DNA of 62,323 bases, filler included, from Circinaria calcarea (lineage: Eukaryota): the NCBI GenBank assembly GCA_051942165.1. It is 27 parts of 27 records of this genome, joined end to end, with 100 filler letters (N's around TTAATTAATTAA, not from the genome) between each part and the next. Parts side by side here need not be neighbours in the genome. Positions count along the whole stretch, not along the records: positions 23,215 to 25,428 come from JAVECS010003765.1; positions 25,529 to 27,742 come from JAVECS010003766.1; positions 27,843 to 30,055 come from JAVECS010003767.1; positions 30,156 to 32,366 come from JAVECS010003768.1; positions 32,467 to 34,675 come from JAVECS010003769.1; positions 34,776 to 36,983 come from JAVECS010003770.1; 21 more parts are not named here. The stretch is one strand, 5' to 3'. The translations under genes and the position numbers were made by a program. Positions 24,681-37,083 of the stretch are shown in pieces; position 1 is the first letter of the stretch, and every line of letters begins with the position of its first letter. Under the pieces are notes generated by a model. It saw only the letters and a list, made by a program, of their open reading frames with translations, did no database searches and had not been told where the DNA came from.

Positions 24681-25428
24681 TCACACCTTCTCCATACTAC
24701 AAAACTTCAAGGGTGTTCCATGCTCGCTGCCATTGATTCCGTGGATAATCTCGCACTTGTGTTCAACATAGTCATACTAAGATTTCGTCAGTACCGCAGT
24801 ACCTGGGATGAGTTGAATCTAATAATGGCAGGAACCTGCGACGACTTACAGCATATTCTCCAATCTCAACCTCATCGATTCCCAGTGTTTCGGCCTCTTC
24901 CGAAGCGCGCAAACTCAGGCCTGGAATCAGATTCATGAGGAACAGGATGAAGCATGTTCCGAAAAACGAATATGAGAAACCGGACACAGAATCTGCGATC
25001 TGGTAGGCTAGCTGAATCCAATGCCGGTTTAGCCAGCCTCCCGAGATCACCGAGAAGCCGTCAAGATGAGCTATATAATCACTATGAGTGATTTTAATTA
25101 GCCACAGACAACGTCGAACACCAAGGAAAGAGCCGTTTACTTACGCTGCGAAAGAGCCAGTGAGAAGGTTCCCAATGATACCGCCTATTGCATGTATAGC
25201 GAAGACATCAAGGGTATCATCTACTTTGAGAAGATACTTTAGTTTCGTTGCGAAATTGCAGCCGACGGCACCGAGAACACCGAAGACAACTGCGGACCAC
25301 GCAGGTACAAAACCTGAAGCAGGAGTGATGGCGACGAGACCAGCAATGACCCCAGAGCAAAAGCCAACCGTGGAAAACTTATGCTCAAGTCGCCAATCAA
25401 GAGCTACCCAGGTAAATCCGCCGACTGA
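24681..25428 (-). CDS. Ammonium transporter Mep/Amt, C-terminal part (5' truncated)
   Basis: Minus-strand translation gives GFCSGVIAGLVAITPASG, VDDTLDVFAIHAIGG, GGWLNRHWIQL and GIDEVEIGEYA|YDYVE. Two introns. Confidence 0.93.
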
Positions 25429-25528
25429 NNNNNNNNNNNNNNNNNNNNNNNNNNNNNNNNNNNNNNNNNNNNTTAATTAATTAANNNNNNNNNNNNNNNN
25501 NNNNNNNNNNNNNNNNNNNNNNNNNNNN

Positions 25529-26309
25529 ATCCTGGTCCTTTGCAGATTTAGGTTCTGACGCCGAGTTTCCGGAATCTGTCGCGTTTCTTGCAAAAGATTC
25601 AATCGTAGTGCCGATGCCGTACGTCGCATCTAACATCGACGATGGACTTGGTTTGACGAGTCGATGTTGGAGTAGGAACTCCAGATGCTGGGAGCCCGAG
25701 AGAGCTAGCTAGAGGTTAGCTTGAGCGCCGGGTGTCGGGGTAGAAGTCAAGTATCTACCTCTCCAATGCGACCAAGCCCTGAAAACCAGGTAGAAGAAAG
25801 GTAGATTGGGCAATCTAGGAGGCGCATTAGAGGCGTCGCTTCACCCAAGGTCACCTAATGCAGAGCTCTTACACAGGTATAAGTCCAAACGGTATCGTGA
25901 GGGGCATCCCTAGGATGCTGCCCCACATCCACTTCTTGTGTATTGCTTTTCGTTCAGTCGATAGTGTGCGCAGCGTATCGAGAACGGATTCCGCTTTGAT
26001 GATTGAAGGGGGAAAAGTAAGCTCGACCATATCTTTTGCTTGCAATTCGGCATCCTTCCGTCTTGCGCTCAGCGGAGGTATGCTCTTGAGTCCCCACTCC
26101 TCATAAGGTATACGCTGAAAGAGCTTGTTGCCGTAGCCAGTCACACTCTTCTTCCACCCTTTCTCGGCTTTTTCCCACTTCACCCAAGTCGCGGCAGCCC
26201 TTGTGGTAATTTTGTCGACATAAGTCTGCTCGCTGGAAAGTTGATTGTTCAATCTTTGGCTGTAGACTAGAGATCGCCTCGTGGAGATGGGGAGGAGGAA
26301 GAGTCGCAT
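25529..26309 (-). CDS. Mitochondrial K+/H+ exchange-related protein (Mit_KHE1/YDL183C-like; 3' truncated)
   Basis: MRLFLLPISTRR, WxKWE, RIPYEEWGLKSIP, PFGLIPV|IPNLPFFYLVFRAWSHWR|ALSGS. Confidence 0.85.
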
Positions 26310-26755
26310 TGCTTTGTTACCAAGTCATCGAGTAGATTGCTTGCCGCCTAAACAGACACGTACATGAATGTGTCTACTTAAGGGAGTGGTAGAAGGTGGA
26401 TCCCCTTGATTTGATACACGGGTCTCTCTCTACTCTGATGCAAGGGTTGGAAATCCACGCGCCATTCGGCATCGTTCCTTAAGATCTGATCCAGCCCTAC
26501 CCGCATCCGACTGCAAATCGGGAAATCGATTACGACGAAATCTGGTCATTCCCTCAATTATGTATTTCCTACCTTCGTATTTAAAATGCAGCAGGAAGAA
26601 ACCCCCATGGTTTCAGTACGAGAGCATATTTTAATTCAGTATCAACAATGACCCCTAAGATGATGTCCAATCCCGTTCCAGCAGCAGATGTAGCATCGTT
26701 CTCAAGGCGTTGAGCTTGCTTCCTTTTCAGTTGCCTAGCTCTTTAGGAACAAGCC

Positions 26756-27742
26756 ATGGTGACAGACAGTGGCTTCAGAAGTCGCGCGGTTTCGTTGTTA
26801 CAATCCACAAGTTCTTTCAGAGCTCAGGCCCCTCAGACTACAGAGCCTGAAGATGCGAATTCAATCAATCGGGTTCCATCGCAAACGCTCTCTTCCATAA
26901 ACGAAAAGTCTCAACTTGACAGGGGTACCGGAAGAGATCCATCGATATCGGTCTCATCCAACGAAAAAACCCTTACGTCTTCGCCCGACGATGCCGTAGC
27001 ACACGACAGGGCAGCGCAGAGACTTGTACGTACGATACCGAGTTAGTAACTACACTATGGCCATGCTTCACCGAGCGAAACCATCGAGCGCTAATTGCAA
27101 TACAGCCTGGGTTCGATGTCTTGAAGAAGAGGATGAGGATGAAGATCCACATTCGCAATTACTACCGAAGCCTCCTCCAGATGCACAAATTGCGCAACAC
27201 AATAGCAGTCCCGCTGCAAAGAACAAACACAAACATGAGCCAGGGCGGCTATATGATGCTGATCGAGAATGGACGCCGCCGACACCTCGATATAATGTCA
27301 CGGAAACTGCGTCCAGGTGGCGTGCATTTGCGGACTCCTCGGCCTACCCTCCTCTGCCCGAGGAAAGCAGTCAACGTGTAACGGAAGATTGGTTGATCCA
27401 GAACGGAGCAGATTACAGTCAGCCGTGGGGAGCTGGCGTGGCTGAAGACGACCCAGAAAATATTGGAGGACGTTTGGGGACCAAGGCAAAGCGAAAAGTG
27501 TGGTGGAGAAGAGTGCTGCGAGTAATTCTCCGAAGTCCATTGATTCCTTTGGTCATCCGAACGATTGTCTGGTCTTTCTCCCTGATTGCCCTGGTTCTTG
27601 GAAGCTCCATATATCATAATAAGCAGACGGGCTCGAGAACATCATCCCAGATGGCTATAATCGTTGATGCGATTGCCCTGGTGTATATTCTGTACATCAC
27701 CTATGACGAGTATACAGGGAAGCCATTGGGTTTACGATCAGC
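26756..27742 (+). CDS. SRF1: Regulator of phospholipase D, SRF1-like (3' truncated)
   Basis: SRWRAFA...YP, SPLIPLVIR and MAIIVDAIALVYILYITYDEYTGKPLGLR. Intron 27042-27105. Confidence 0.8.
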
Positions 27743-27842
27743 NNNNNNNNNNNNNNNNNNNNNNNNNNNNNNNNNNNNNNNNNNNNTTAATTAATTAANN
27801 NNNNNNNNNNNNNNNNNNNNNNNNNNNNNNNNNNNNNNNNNN

Positions 27843-28987
27843 GCCTTAGAGAATGTCCACGCAAAGGCTTGGAGCAGCCACCTCTTCCATGCCGTCTCGG
27901 GATGCACAACGGCTGGAATAAAGAAAGGGATCTTCTGTATCTCCTCGACAAATGGGCGAAAGATGCTTTCGTAAGCCTCGAGCGCCTTTGAAGGATTTTC
28001 GCCGCCATCGAGCTTGCTCAGTTCGCCTGCAAGGACATAGGCCCCAGTGATGGCCAGCGAAGTGCCCATTCCTGTAAGCAACGTGGGGCAAAAGGCGGCG
28101 TCTCCTAGGCAGACAACGCGAGAGTTGGACCATTTGGACATCTTGATCTGTTGGATCACTTGGAAGTAGAAGTCGGGCGCTTGATCCATGGCGCCCAAGA
28201 GCCTCTGCGCCTGCCATCCTGCATCTGCGAATTCCCTCTTCAGGAGCTCTTCCTGCGTCCGTCTGTCACTCTTGGATGCCTCCAGCCACGCCTTTTTCTG
28301 AGCGTCATTGCAAGGCATGTGAGTAAACATTGCCCTCATGGTGCAGTGTGGGTCGGGCCTAAGGTGGATCATCCTTGACTTAAGAGCATGGTAGATGTTC
28401 CACCAGTCATTGTCGCTGGGCAGGCGTGGAACGGTCCAGTAGACGACGTACATGCCCTTATCGACCACGTTGACAGACTCGGGAGGGAAGCACTGCTTTC
28501 GCACATTTGACCATTGGCCGTCTGCTGCGACCAAAAGGTCGAACTCCTGCACCTCCCCATCGCTCAATTCGACCTTGACGGAGTTTTCGTCATTTGAGAC
28601 GACCTTCTTGATCGTGGTACCTAATAAGTAGTTGACATTCGGATGGTCTTTCGTTGCCTCATTCAAAACCTTCGCCAAGTCTCCACGAAGGATCTCGAAT
28701 TCCGAGGTGAAGCTAGCAGAGGAACCCTCCAGGGGAAGGGGGGCAAATGGCCGTCCCTTTGGGTTGATGAACTGTGTGCCCTTTTCCGTCGTGTTGAATC
28801 GTCGAATTTGATCCAAGAGCCCCATTTTCTTGATAGCTGTGATTGCGCTGCCTCGGATATCAATATTCTGCCCATGGGGGAGGAGAAAGCGGCTTTTCTC
28901 CACGAGGGTAATGCGTGCGCCGGCCTTGGCCAGAAACCACGCCAGCGTGGGTCCAGCGATGCCCGCTCCACTGATCAGGACGCGCAT
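27843..28987 (-). CDS. FAD-dependent monooxygenase/oxidoreductase (intronless; 3' truncated)
   Basis: VLISGAGIAG, DLLVAADG and VVCLGDAAFCPTLLTGMGTSLA fingerprints. Confidence 0.92.
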
Positions 28988-30155
28988 GGCAAGTTTCAAT
29001 GTGGTCGTAAGTATGAGGAAAGGTTAGATCCTTGAGGGATGGAGAGGATGGATGTTCTGAACTAGAGGCGAGCACTGCCCTTGTCGAATAGCCTTCAGTT
29101 GATGTTATGAACCGCGGGAACGGCCCATTTACGGGTTTGGTTATACGAAGAAGGAACTGCCTTACTTTATACCTATCTGTAGAGGATGGCTGAAGGGTCG
29201 TGGGGTTTCCGAGGTCTCGCTACCAAAAACATTTAGAAAGCAAAAAGGTGATAGTAAATTATTAAATAATTAGCTGTGGAACTTTCTCCTTCTCCTCCGC
29301 ATAGCCTACAAGGCATCAAATTAATACTATGATGATTAGCGCTTGTATATAAATCAAGTCTATATTGGTCAGGAAAACCTCGGAAGCTCCACGACCCGTG
29401 CCGGCCCTTGGTGGGACCAGACCGTCCACAGTCCACAGTCCACAGGGCTATCATATTCGCACTCTGACTGGTCCGAGTTTGGGACACTCGACTTTTGTTT
29501 ACAGGTTCCCTGACGCCCCTCGATTACAACTAAACATGTCATGATATTCTAAAGTGAAGGAGCAACATCACACTTCCCGTCAGCTAACATAGGAGATGGG
29601 GCTTATTCCAAGGCAGTAATGCTGATCATGTAACCAGCTCAGCCTAGCCACTGGAAAGTCGGCAAATTTGGACTGCAGTCGAGACCCGTGTACAAAAGAC
29701 ATTGAGTGTACGAGGGTTGCTCCGTCCTCATTATCCACATCAAGCCTCTTAAGCCGGCCTTCTCTACGAGTATGTTTGAGGTCTTCTATTATTCGATGAG
29801 CTTTGATTCCTGTGTGGAGGATCTTCCACTACCATACTGCTACTCTCGCCAACACTTTCTGCTCCCCCGTCTCGACTCCAGACTGCCCGGACTGTATCTG
29901 TGGACTAAAGCCCACTAGAAGCCCTGGGACCAGCAAATCCACCCTCAGGCCGAGAGTCCAGACGGTTTGATCAGCAGACTGTTGCCCACACTGCTTGTGC
30001 AAATGCATCAGAATAGCATCCCCTCGGAGACCGTCACGATCGATCACAGTATGCTNNNNNNNNNNNNNNNNNNNNNNNNNNNNNNNNNNNNNNNNNNNNT
30101 TAATTAATTAANNNNNNNNNNNNNNNNNNNNNNNNNNNNNNNNNNNNNNNNNNNN

Positions 30156-31019
30156 CACGAGCAGCCTCGGAGCCAGCCAGATCGATTAGATGTAGGAGTC
30201 CATCTGAGTTGGTAGATGGATTTCTGATACGAATGCGATATATGGCGTGTGATCGTGATGAAGCATCATTTCTAAGGGTCGGTTCCGTCCGTCTGAGGGA
30301 TGCTGCGCGTTCGATTAGGCCCGCCATCTCGTCTCTGCCCTGGACCAGCTGTTCGGTTGCCCCCGCCAGTTGTATGGCTCCAAAAGAGTCCTCGAGGATT
30401 GTTACTGGTTTGCGCGCGTCGAGCAGGTCATATGCTGAATTACCTGCAAGATCGATGATGGTGAGACTGATTTTTCTTTCGCCGTCAAGACTCCCATCCA
30501 TCAACGATTTAGCAACAAGCTGCTGAAGCCCAGTGACTGTAAAGGTTTTGCCGGAACCGGTTTGGCCGTAGGTGAAAAGAGTCGCAATGCCGCCATTCCA
30601 TGCGAAAGGAACTAGGTCCGCTACGAGATCTTTATAGATATCTTCGGTTGTTGTCTGCGAGTTGAAGAGTCTATCTACCTCATAATTGAAGGACTGCGGG
30701 CAATTAGTGTGATTGATCGATACACAAAAAGCTGTAAGTGCGAGTGTTGCCTTCCTACCTTGAGTGTAGGGCGTCCCCTTGGGTGATTATAGAGATCATG
30801 AATGTCCACCACATTAGTCTGAGCGGAACGTGGGAACATAGCACATGGGAAGCCTGCATCGATATCATCATCCAGCAGAGGCCGAATTCTGGCACCCACG
30901 ACCATGCTTGCACTGGTGGTTCCTGCGACTGCCTTCGCTAGCTGAGGCACAGGCGTAGGGCCGAGCGCCTTGACCAGAGTCTGGTACCTAGCAGCATTAT
31001 TAAGGTAGAACTTATCCAT
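30156..31019 (-). CDS. Kinesin motor-domain protein, divergent kinesin-13/DSK1-like (3' truncated)
   Basis: ARIRP, FTYGQTGSGKT (P-loop), NDASSRSHA (switch I) and LIDLAGSE (switch II). Intron ~30695-30758. Confidence 0.88.
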
Positions 31020-31114
31020 TGTAGCAAGTGTATTTGGCTAGTATCAGTATATAAGTGTGACGACCCAGGTCTTAGGATAGAACTGTAATATAAAAGGACT
31101 GTAATATTCTAAGC

Positions 31115-31196
31115 GTGGAGTGGAGTGAAGTGGAGTAGAGTGGAGTGAGGTGGAGTGGAGTGGAGTGGAGTGGAATGGAGTGGAATGGAGTGGAGT
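31115..31196. repeat. (GTGGA)n pentanucleotide microsatellite, about 16 imperfect units
   Basis: Directly visible, upstream of the kinesin start. Confidence 0.95.
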
Positions 31197-31612
31197 TTGT
31201 AAGCGGATGCACTTTTTAAAGATGGGCATACCGTTTTCATCTATTGGTGGGGCTTCTAATCCTTTATTAAATTTCTTTATCATTGCTTAACGCGTATTTA
31301 TATTTATTAGCGAATTATTATGGCACGACTATCCTAGCTAGCGCATTCGCCTATAGTATAGCGCGAGCGCTATACCTACTAACTAGCATCTTCAGGACGG
31401 CATGAGGTTACAGTTTATATGTATCTTTTAGCAATATATCTTCCTGTAGTCCTTGGTGACAATTTCCTTCACAGCTTGCTTTAGCTCTTCCGAGGTAAAG
31501 CATGAATTAAAGCAGCCAGAAAATGAGTTATCCAGAAGCATCCGAAAGCGGCGGCCAAGGGAGCCTAGAGCAGCGGTTTTAATATTCAAAAATGGATTTC
31601 TTTCTTAACAAG

Positions 31613-31698
31613 ACATACGTCCACTTTGTTATATGCAAGCTGGAGATCGGCTAATTAGTACAGAGTAGTTGGGGTGGGTGACCACCAGCGAATACTAG
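31613..31698 (+). pseudogene. Degenerate 5S rRNA gene copy
   Basis: Starts ACATACGTCCA (Pezizomycotina 5S starts ACATACGACCA) and contains AAGC...TTAGTA[CAGAGTA]GTTGGGGTGGGTGACCACCAGCGAATAC, matching the recalled 5S 3' half. The 5' half has an internal deletion and the 3'-terminal TGTTGTATGT is missing. Confidence 0.75.
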
Positions 31699-32190
31699 TA
31701 GTAAGGATTGGCTACCTCGGGTCCTTTAGACTGCCGAGTTTCTTCAAGTCGATACTTCCCCCAAGCAAGCAAAAATACCCCATGTCCGCCGGTTATTCTA
31801 GGACTCCATTCTGCTGATCCTTCGAGAAAAAGCACCGATTCTCCCAACACCCCGTGACATGCTAATGTTATCCACTCCGAGTATACGCCAAGCCAGGCTC
31901 CAACTTTCCCCCCTCCAATAATTATAAAAACGTGCCCTGAACCCTAGATTGTGACCCCCTATTTTCTATATCTGCGGTCGGTAGTATTCTAACATGATTA
32001 TCCCAAGATACTTCTCTCGCATTATTAATGGCCCCGATATGAATGCGGATGCGGAAGCCATGAGCAGAAAACATCCCTAATTCTATTCGAGTGTTGGTAG
32101 TAATGATAAAGGTTTTTGGTTCTTGCGCCGAAGTGATATAATTCATCAGTAGCTTTCTACAACGTCTAATTAATTAAAATCCCCACAGCT

Positions 32191-32363
32191 CGCGCTTGAC
32201 AAAAAAAACTGCAACCCCAACAGTAATTACTCGCTAAATCTTCACCTCTAGATTTGTGGGACCCCTCCAATGTTGGTGGTGCCATACCCGAATCCTAGGC
32301 TGAAAAGGTCACTAACTACAGCTGGGGGTAATTCAGGGTTGCAATTTTTTTCTGTCAAGCGCG
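32191..32363. mobile_element. Short MITE-like inverted-repeat element at contig end
   Basis: CGCGCTTGACAAAAAAAACTGCAACCC at 32191 matches the reverse complement of GGGTTGCAATTTTTTTCTGTCAAGCGCG ending at 32363. Confidence 0.65.
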
Positions 32364-33258
32364 TGGNNNNNNNNNNNNNNNNNNNNNNNNNNNNNNNNNN
32401 NNNNNNNNNNTTAATTAATTAANNNNNNNNNNNNNNNNNNNNNNNNNNNNNNNNNNNNNNNNNNNNGAGCAAAGCTCCAAGCAGCACTTAGTATATACTG
32501 GTTAAAACTACTTGGGTAGGCTTTTGTACTTACATGATCTGGAGTTTGGCTCTTTGACTTCGCAGTAAGTCCGGAACGTTTGTCGAGATCGGCTGCCTTG
32601 CTGGAGCAGGCTGCAGAGGCTGGACTGCAAGATTGAAGGAAACGGTCAGTCAAGACGAAGACTCCCGGGACATAGACGCCTGCCCTGGCTTCATATGTTC
32701 CCTTAGGCGCCTGCTTGCCTACCTGCTGGCCATTCTAGGATTCGGAGAAGACATTTCTCTGGACCTTGCCGTCGCATATGCTGTGGTGTCCAACTTTTAA
32801 AGTCCATCTCCGCATTAGAGGAGTTATACACGAAAGACGCCATATGTTTCAGAGGTAAAGACTTGGTATGTGTCTGTTGTAACTGTTTAATCTCTTGTCG
32901 AATCCAAATTCATAGAATCGCATTTGTTGAAGTAATGGAGTAGGCTCGGGTTTCGACAATAAGTATCCCAGGCAGGGAAAATCTTACAATAGGAAGAACC
33001 CCTTAGCCTGTTCTGGCTCCTCGTACTTGCGGGGCGTAGCATAAAGAAGCCTGGATTGGCTGCTCCGTAGCCGGCTATGGTTGTTTGCGTTGTCTGTCAT
33101 AAAAGACTCCAGCTGGACTGCTTAGACTTAGTACTGTCCTATACGATCCCATCGATAAGGCTTCCATCTTCTACCGGGCCGCTGCCTATTTTGCTACCTG
33201 AGATTTCGGGCTCCACCAGCCTATGTGCCATTGATGCCTTGGCTACAAAGTTGACAAG

Positions 33259-33828
33259 CAAGGCCTCCAATAACGCAGCCGGTGCAGTGCGGCTTGACAG
33301 TTCACGTTGCAGTATGCACTGCCAAGCCTATACTATCGGTGCAGTGCGTACTAGTTTATTAGGTAGAGATTTCTGGTGGGGAAATTTGAAATTTAATATT
33401 TGTGAACCCTGAAACTAGGCTAGATTCGGTAGATTTCAACTATATATCGTGTAATTTCTGGAGACACCACGTCTAAAAGGTCGTGATAATTAAATACAGT
33501 TTTAGAGTTGTATTAAATTTCCAAACTGTAAATATTTAATAATATACTTATTAAATTACGACTTTCTTCTTTTCGTGCATCAACGACTCTTCTCCCTCCG
33601 CGCACCGAGTCCGGAAGCACAGGCTATGGGCGAGGTCTTATAGACCATAGAAAATATGGATCACAATTACAAAGGTACCGTGGGGTGGAATGGAAGTCTG
33701 GAGTTTCCTACGCTATTTATTTGAAGCCTTAGCAGTGCAGCCGGTGTAGTGAAGTGCGATGGGGGTGCACTGCCAAGACGGTGCGGTGCAGTGCTCTGCA
33801 TTGACTAGCTACACTATTGGAAGCCTTG
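33259..33828. mobile_element. hAT-like non-autonomous DNA transposon
   Basis: TIRs CAAGGCCTCCAATA / TATTGGAAGCCTTG (13/14). Flanks TTGACAAG (33251-33258) and TTGGCAAG (33829-33836) form a 7/8 8-bp TSD. Subterminal CAGTGC/GCACTG repeats. Confidence 0.8.
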
Positions 33829-35006
33829 TTGGCAAGCTATACAGTTTCCTAGTTTTCACAACCCCAATCTTCCAGATACCAGAATCCTTCAGCGGGTATT
33901 GGAGAGGTTTTGTAGCCTCGAGAAAGCTTGGAACGTTTGTGCAATACATGGACTATTACGGGTACTACAACAGATCACCAAGCAGAAAGAACCCCAAAAC
34001 CCCCTTTTCACCAGCAACTCCTTTGTAAGAGATGGACAAGATCTTCAGCAGCTTATCTAGCGCACTCGGCAACTACACGGAATCAGCGCAGAGTAAAGGC
34101 CGTCGCGACCGCCGCGACCGCCGCGAGGAGAGCCGGACTCGCGAAAAGGCGACGCTGAAGAGGGATATGGTACGCCGACTGCGATGACGAAGGCAGCTAT
34201 AGGCAGCAGTTTAGCTGAAACTTTGACCATATCCGCTAGGAAATTACAGCCGAACTAGACCAGGCTTCTGTTAGAATTCACGAATGGAATTGGTGCGAAT
34301 TGCCATTGATATCATAGGAATTGTCGTGATCCATGTATTTGATATTCAACCGAAGAATGTGGGCATGGCTTGCCATATAATTGTTGTAGTGACAGTATGC
34401 ATGGTAGCGTTGGTTCAGGTATATTGCTATCGGACCTTCCTCTCCCTATTTAGTACTCATGCTCCCTTGGTGCTCCCGCTGTGCTCTCCTCAAGGCTCCC
34501 TCTAAAGCGGCTATGCTCCCTCCCTGAGACAGAAGCGGTAATCGACGACCCTCAGTTCGGGGTGTATATAAATAAATAAATGTATATATACATTAAATTT
34601 ACCTACCATAGACTATACGCTACGCTACCCACAGCGAATGCCTCCTACCCCCAATCATCAAGTCCAATATCTAGCNNNNNNNNNNNNNNNNNNNNNNNNN
34701 NNNNNNNNNNNNNNNNNNNTTAATTAATTAANNNNNNNNNNNNNNNNNNNNNNNNNNNNNNNNNNNNNNNNNNNNAGCTGTGGGGGTAGGGATTGCGGGG
34801 GAAAATGGAGGTGATGGAGGGAGCGGGGCTAGAGAGGGATCTGGAGCCTGACCAAGAAGCTGCAATGATGGACGTATATGATACCTTTAAGGCAACGTAG
34901 AGAAGTAAGGGGAAAGGGAGTCGGAGTTGGGAAAGGGGTGAATAGCATTGTTGATGCTTTACTGCATTTAATATACTCACCTACCATTTCTAGCAAGCTT
35001 TTGTTA

Positions 35007-35501
35007 TCACCTTTCGTGTAAGCGTTCCAGCACCATCTTCGGCAAAGGTGACTTGAGAAAATCAACCGAGACGTCTTCGTAAATGACCCTTCCGTGTTCG
35101 TCATATTGTTCGATGAATTCCCCCGGCTGATACTCCCGTGCCGGCGCTTTCGTGATGAACGCGTCCCCGCAAAAGCCAGTGTGTTCACTCACGGGAAGGA
35201 CATCCGCGGCAAAGCTCTTGAAGGCAAAATACATGCCATTCAGCCCCGGGGAGGCTTGGTCGGTCGCCGTGAAGCAGATGACTTCCCGCCATCGCCATCC
35301 CTCTCCGCCGCCCCAGTATTTCCGAAAATCGGGGATGTGGGAGAAACAGCAGTCGACGTTGCCGTCGGAGAGAACGTCGATGAGGTCCAGTCGGATCAGA
35401 TGAGGGGCGGCGCCGTCGGCGGGTATTCTCGCCACTTGGGGGGTGGCGTTCGAGGGGGACCTCGGTCGTCCTGTGATCAGTTCACGGAGCCAGGAGAGCA
35501 T
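35007..35501 (-). CDS. Hypothetical protein, 164 aa
   Basis: Complete intronless ATG-to-stop ORF with GC-rich, coding-like composition (RIPADGAAPH, HIPDFRKYW, GDAF, IYED). Family not recognised. Confidence 0.65.
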   Translation of the reverse strand: MLSWLRELITGRPRSPSNATPQVARIPADGAAPHLIRLDLIDVLSDGNVDCCFSHIPDFRKYWGGGEGWRWREVICFTATDQASPGLNGMYFAFKSFAADVLPVSEHTGFCGDAFITKAPAREYQPGEFIEQYDEHGRVIYEDVSVDFLKSPLPKMVLERLHER

Positions 35502-37083
35502 GGTTGGAAGTTTGGCCCCGGGATTTTATTCTCGGGGCAGATGTGAGCGGAAAGATCGGAGCTGATAGATACGGATATCACACTCTTTGTTGCTGATGCT
35601 CTCTGCTTCCTTTGTGTTGAGCAGTATGTGTGGTGGCAGGTATCTATTGCTATGTGTATAGCTAATTCTAAATTAGCAGACAGCGGGAAAAGCTGTTTAT
35701 TAATGGCGTGAGAGGTGTTTGAGCATGAAGCTTGTGTAATCCGTAGAGTACACGTGACTCGGTAAGCCCTATCTATGCCTTTTAACACTTTGTAGGTTCA
35801 TTCCTTTGTGACGTGTTAAGGTTTCTCCCATAGAAAGTTTAATCACCCCGCAGCGGGGTGGGGATGGGAATGATGTAGTTATAGTGTCCTGCTTCTAGCG
35901 AACTCAAATAGTGCGCGAAAGAGTATATATATACTTTAACATCTTCGGAAGGTAAGCTTACAAGTATCTTTCATAGAAGATTTTCTATTCTTTGGTATAG
36001 AGCGTTCATGAGGAAGATATCTTTTTTTAATTCAAATATGAGGTCTGCAAACCCAAATCAGAGGGGAAAATGGGGGAGAAAGGGGAGTGAATGGACGTCA
36101 GTGAATCTCCAGAAATTTTTTTATATTTTATAAAATTCACAGGTTTTACCGACACCGGTATATATAAATACTGCCTTACCCTCACTCCATTAATAAATAT
36201 TCCTCTTATGATTTCTATGTCGAATAGAGAGCCAAGCATACTGTATGCCGAACTCTATGCCGAACTTCTGTATGCAGAAGTTCTGCACTACCCATATTAG
36301 TAGGAGCGTGGGTTGCAGAGTTTCCCCCTTGGCTTCGCACTTTATGAACCATACACAGATGTTACACAGTATATCGACTATTGCGTACACATTGAATATC
36401 GTCTTAATGCATTGTTTAAGTCCCTCCCTGCCATATATCCAACATTCTAGATATATATAGAGTCAGAAAACCGATAAAATTCGCTATATAAATGTCCGGT
36501 GGCGGCGGGTCTACCACTCACCCAACTTCATCCGTGATATTCAGACTGGGGTACTGCGAGCCCCTAATGCTAAAACCCCTTAGGAACCGCCGAGCTGTGG
36601 ACCAAACAGCTTTCTTCTTATCATAGCAAAGGGAAATGACGGGGGGCAGCTGGCGGCGGCCTTTGTGGCAATAAAGCCTGCCTTCAGGCATCAACTATTT
36701 GGCGCCTCATTGAATGTCATGCACTTGCGTGACGCCCACCCGCTGCTCAGTGGTCTTTGTTGGGGGAAAGGAAGGAGCGGGTTAGCTAGCTAACCAAGGC
36801 CTCTAGACCTTAAAGCCTACCTTCGCGCAATAGATAGAATCGAGCATTTCTATCACCATTTTCGATGATGCATGCACTCCCGTGACAGTCTTCCAGACGA
36901 ATTTCCGAAACAACATCTCTAAGGCGAAGCCTCGGGATCTGCCGAGTCTGAGTGGGAGGGGCGACTCGTTCCCACAAAAACCANNNNNNNNNNNNNNNNN
37001 NNNNNNNNNNNNNNNNNNNNNNNNNNNTTAATTAATTAANNNNNNNNNNNNNNNNNNNNNNNNNNNNNNNNNNNNNNNNNNNN

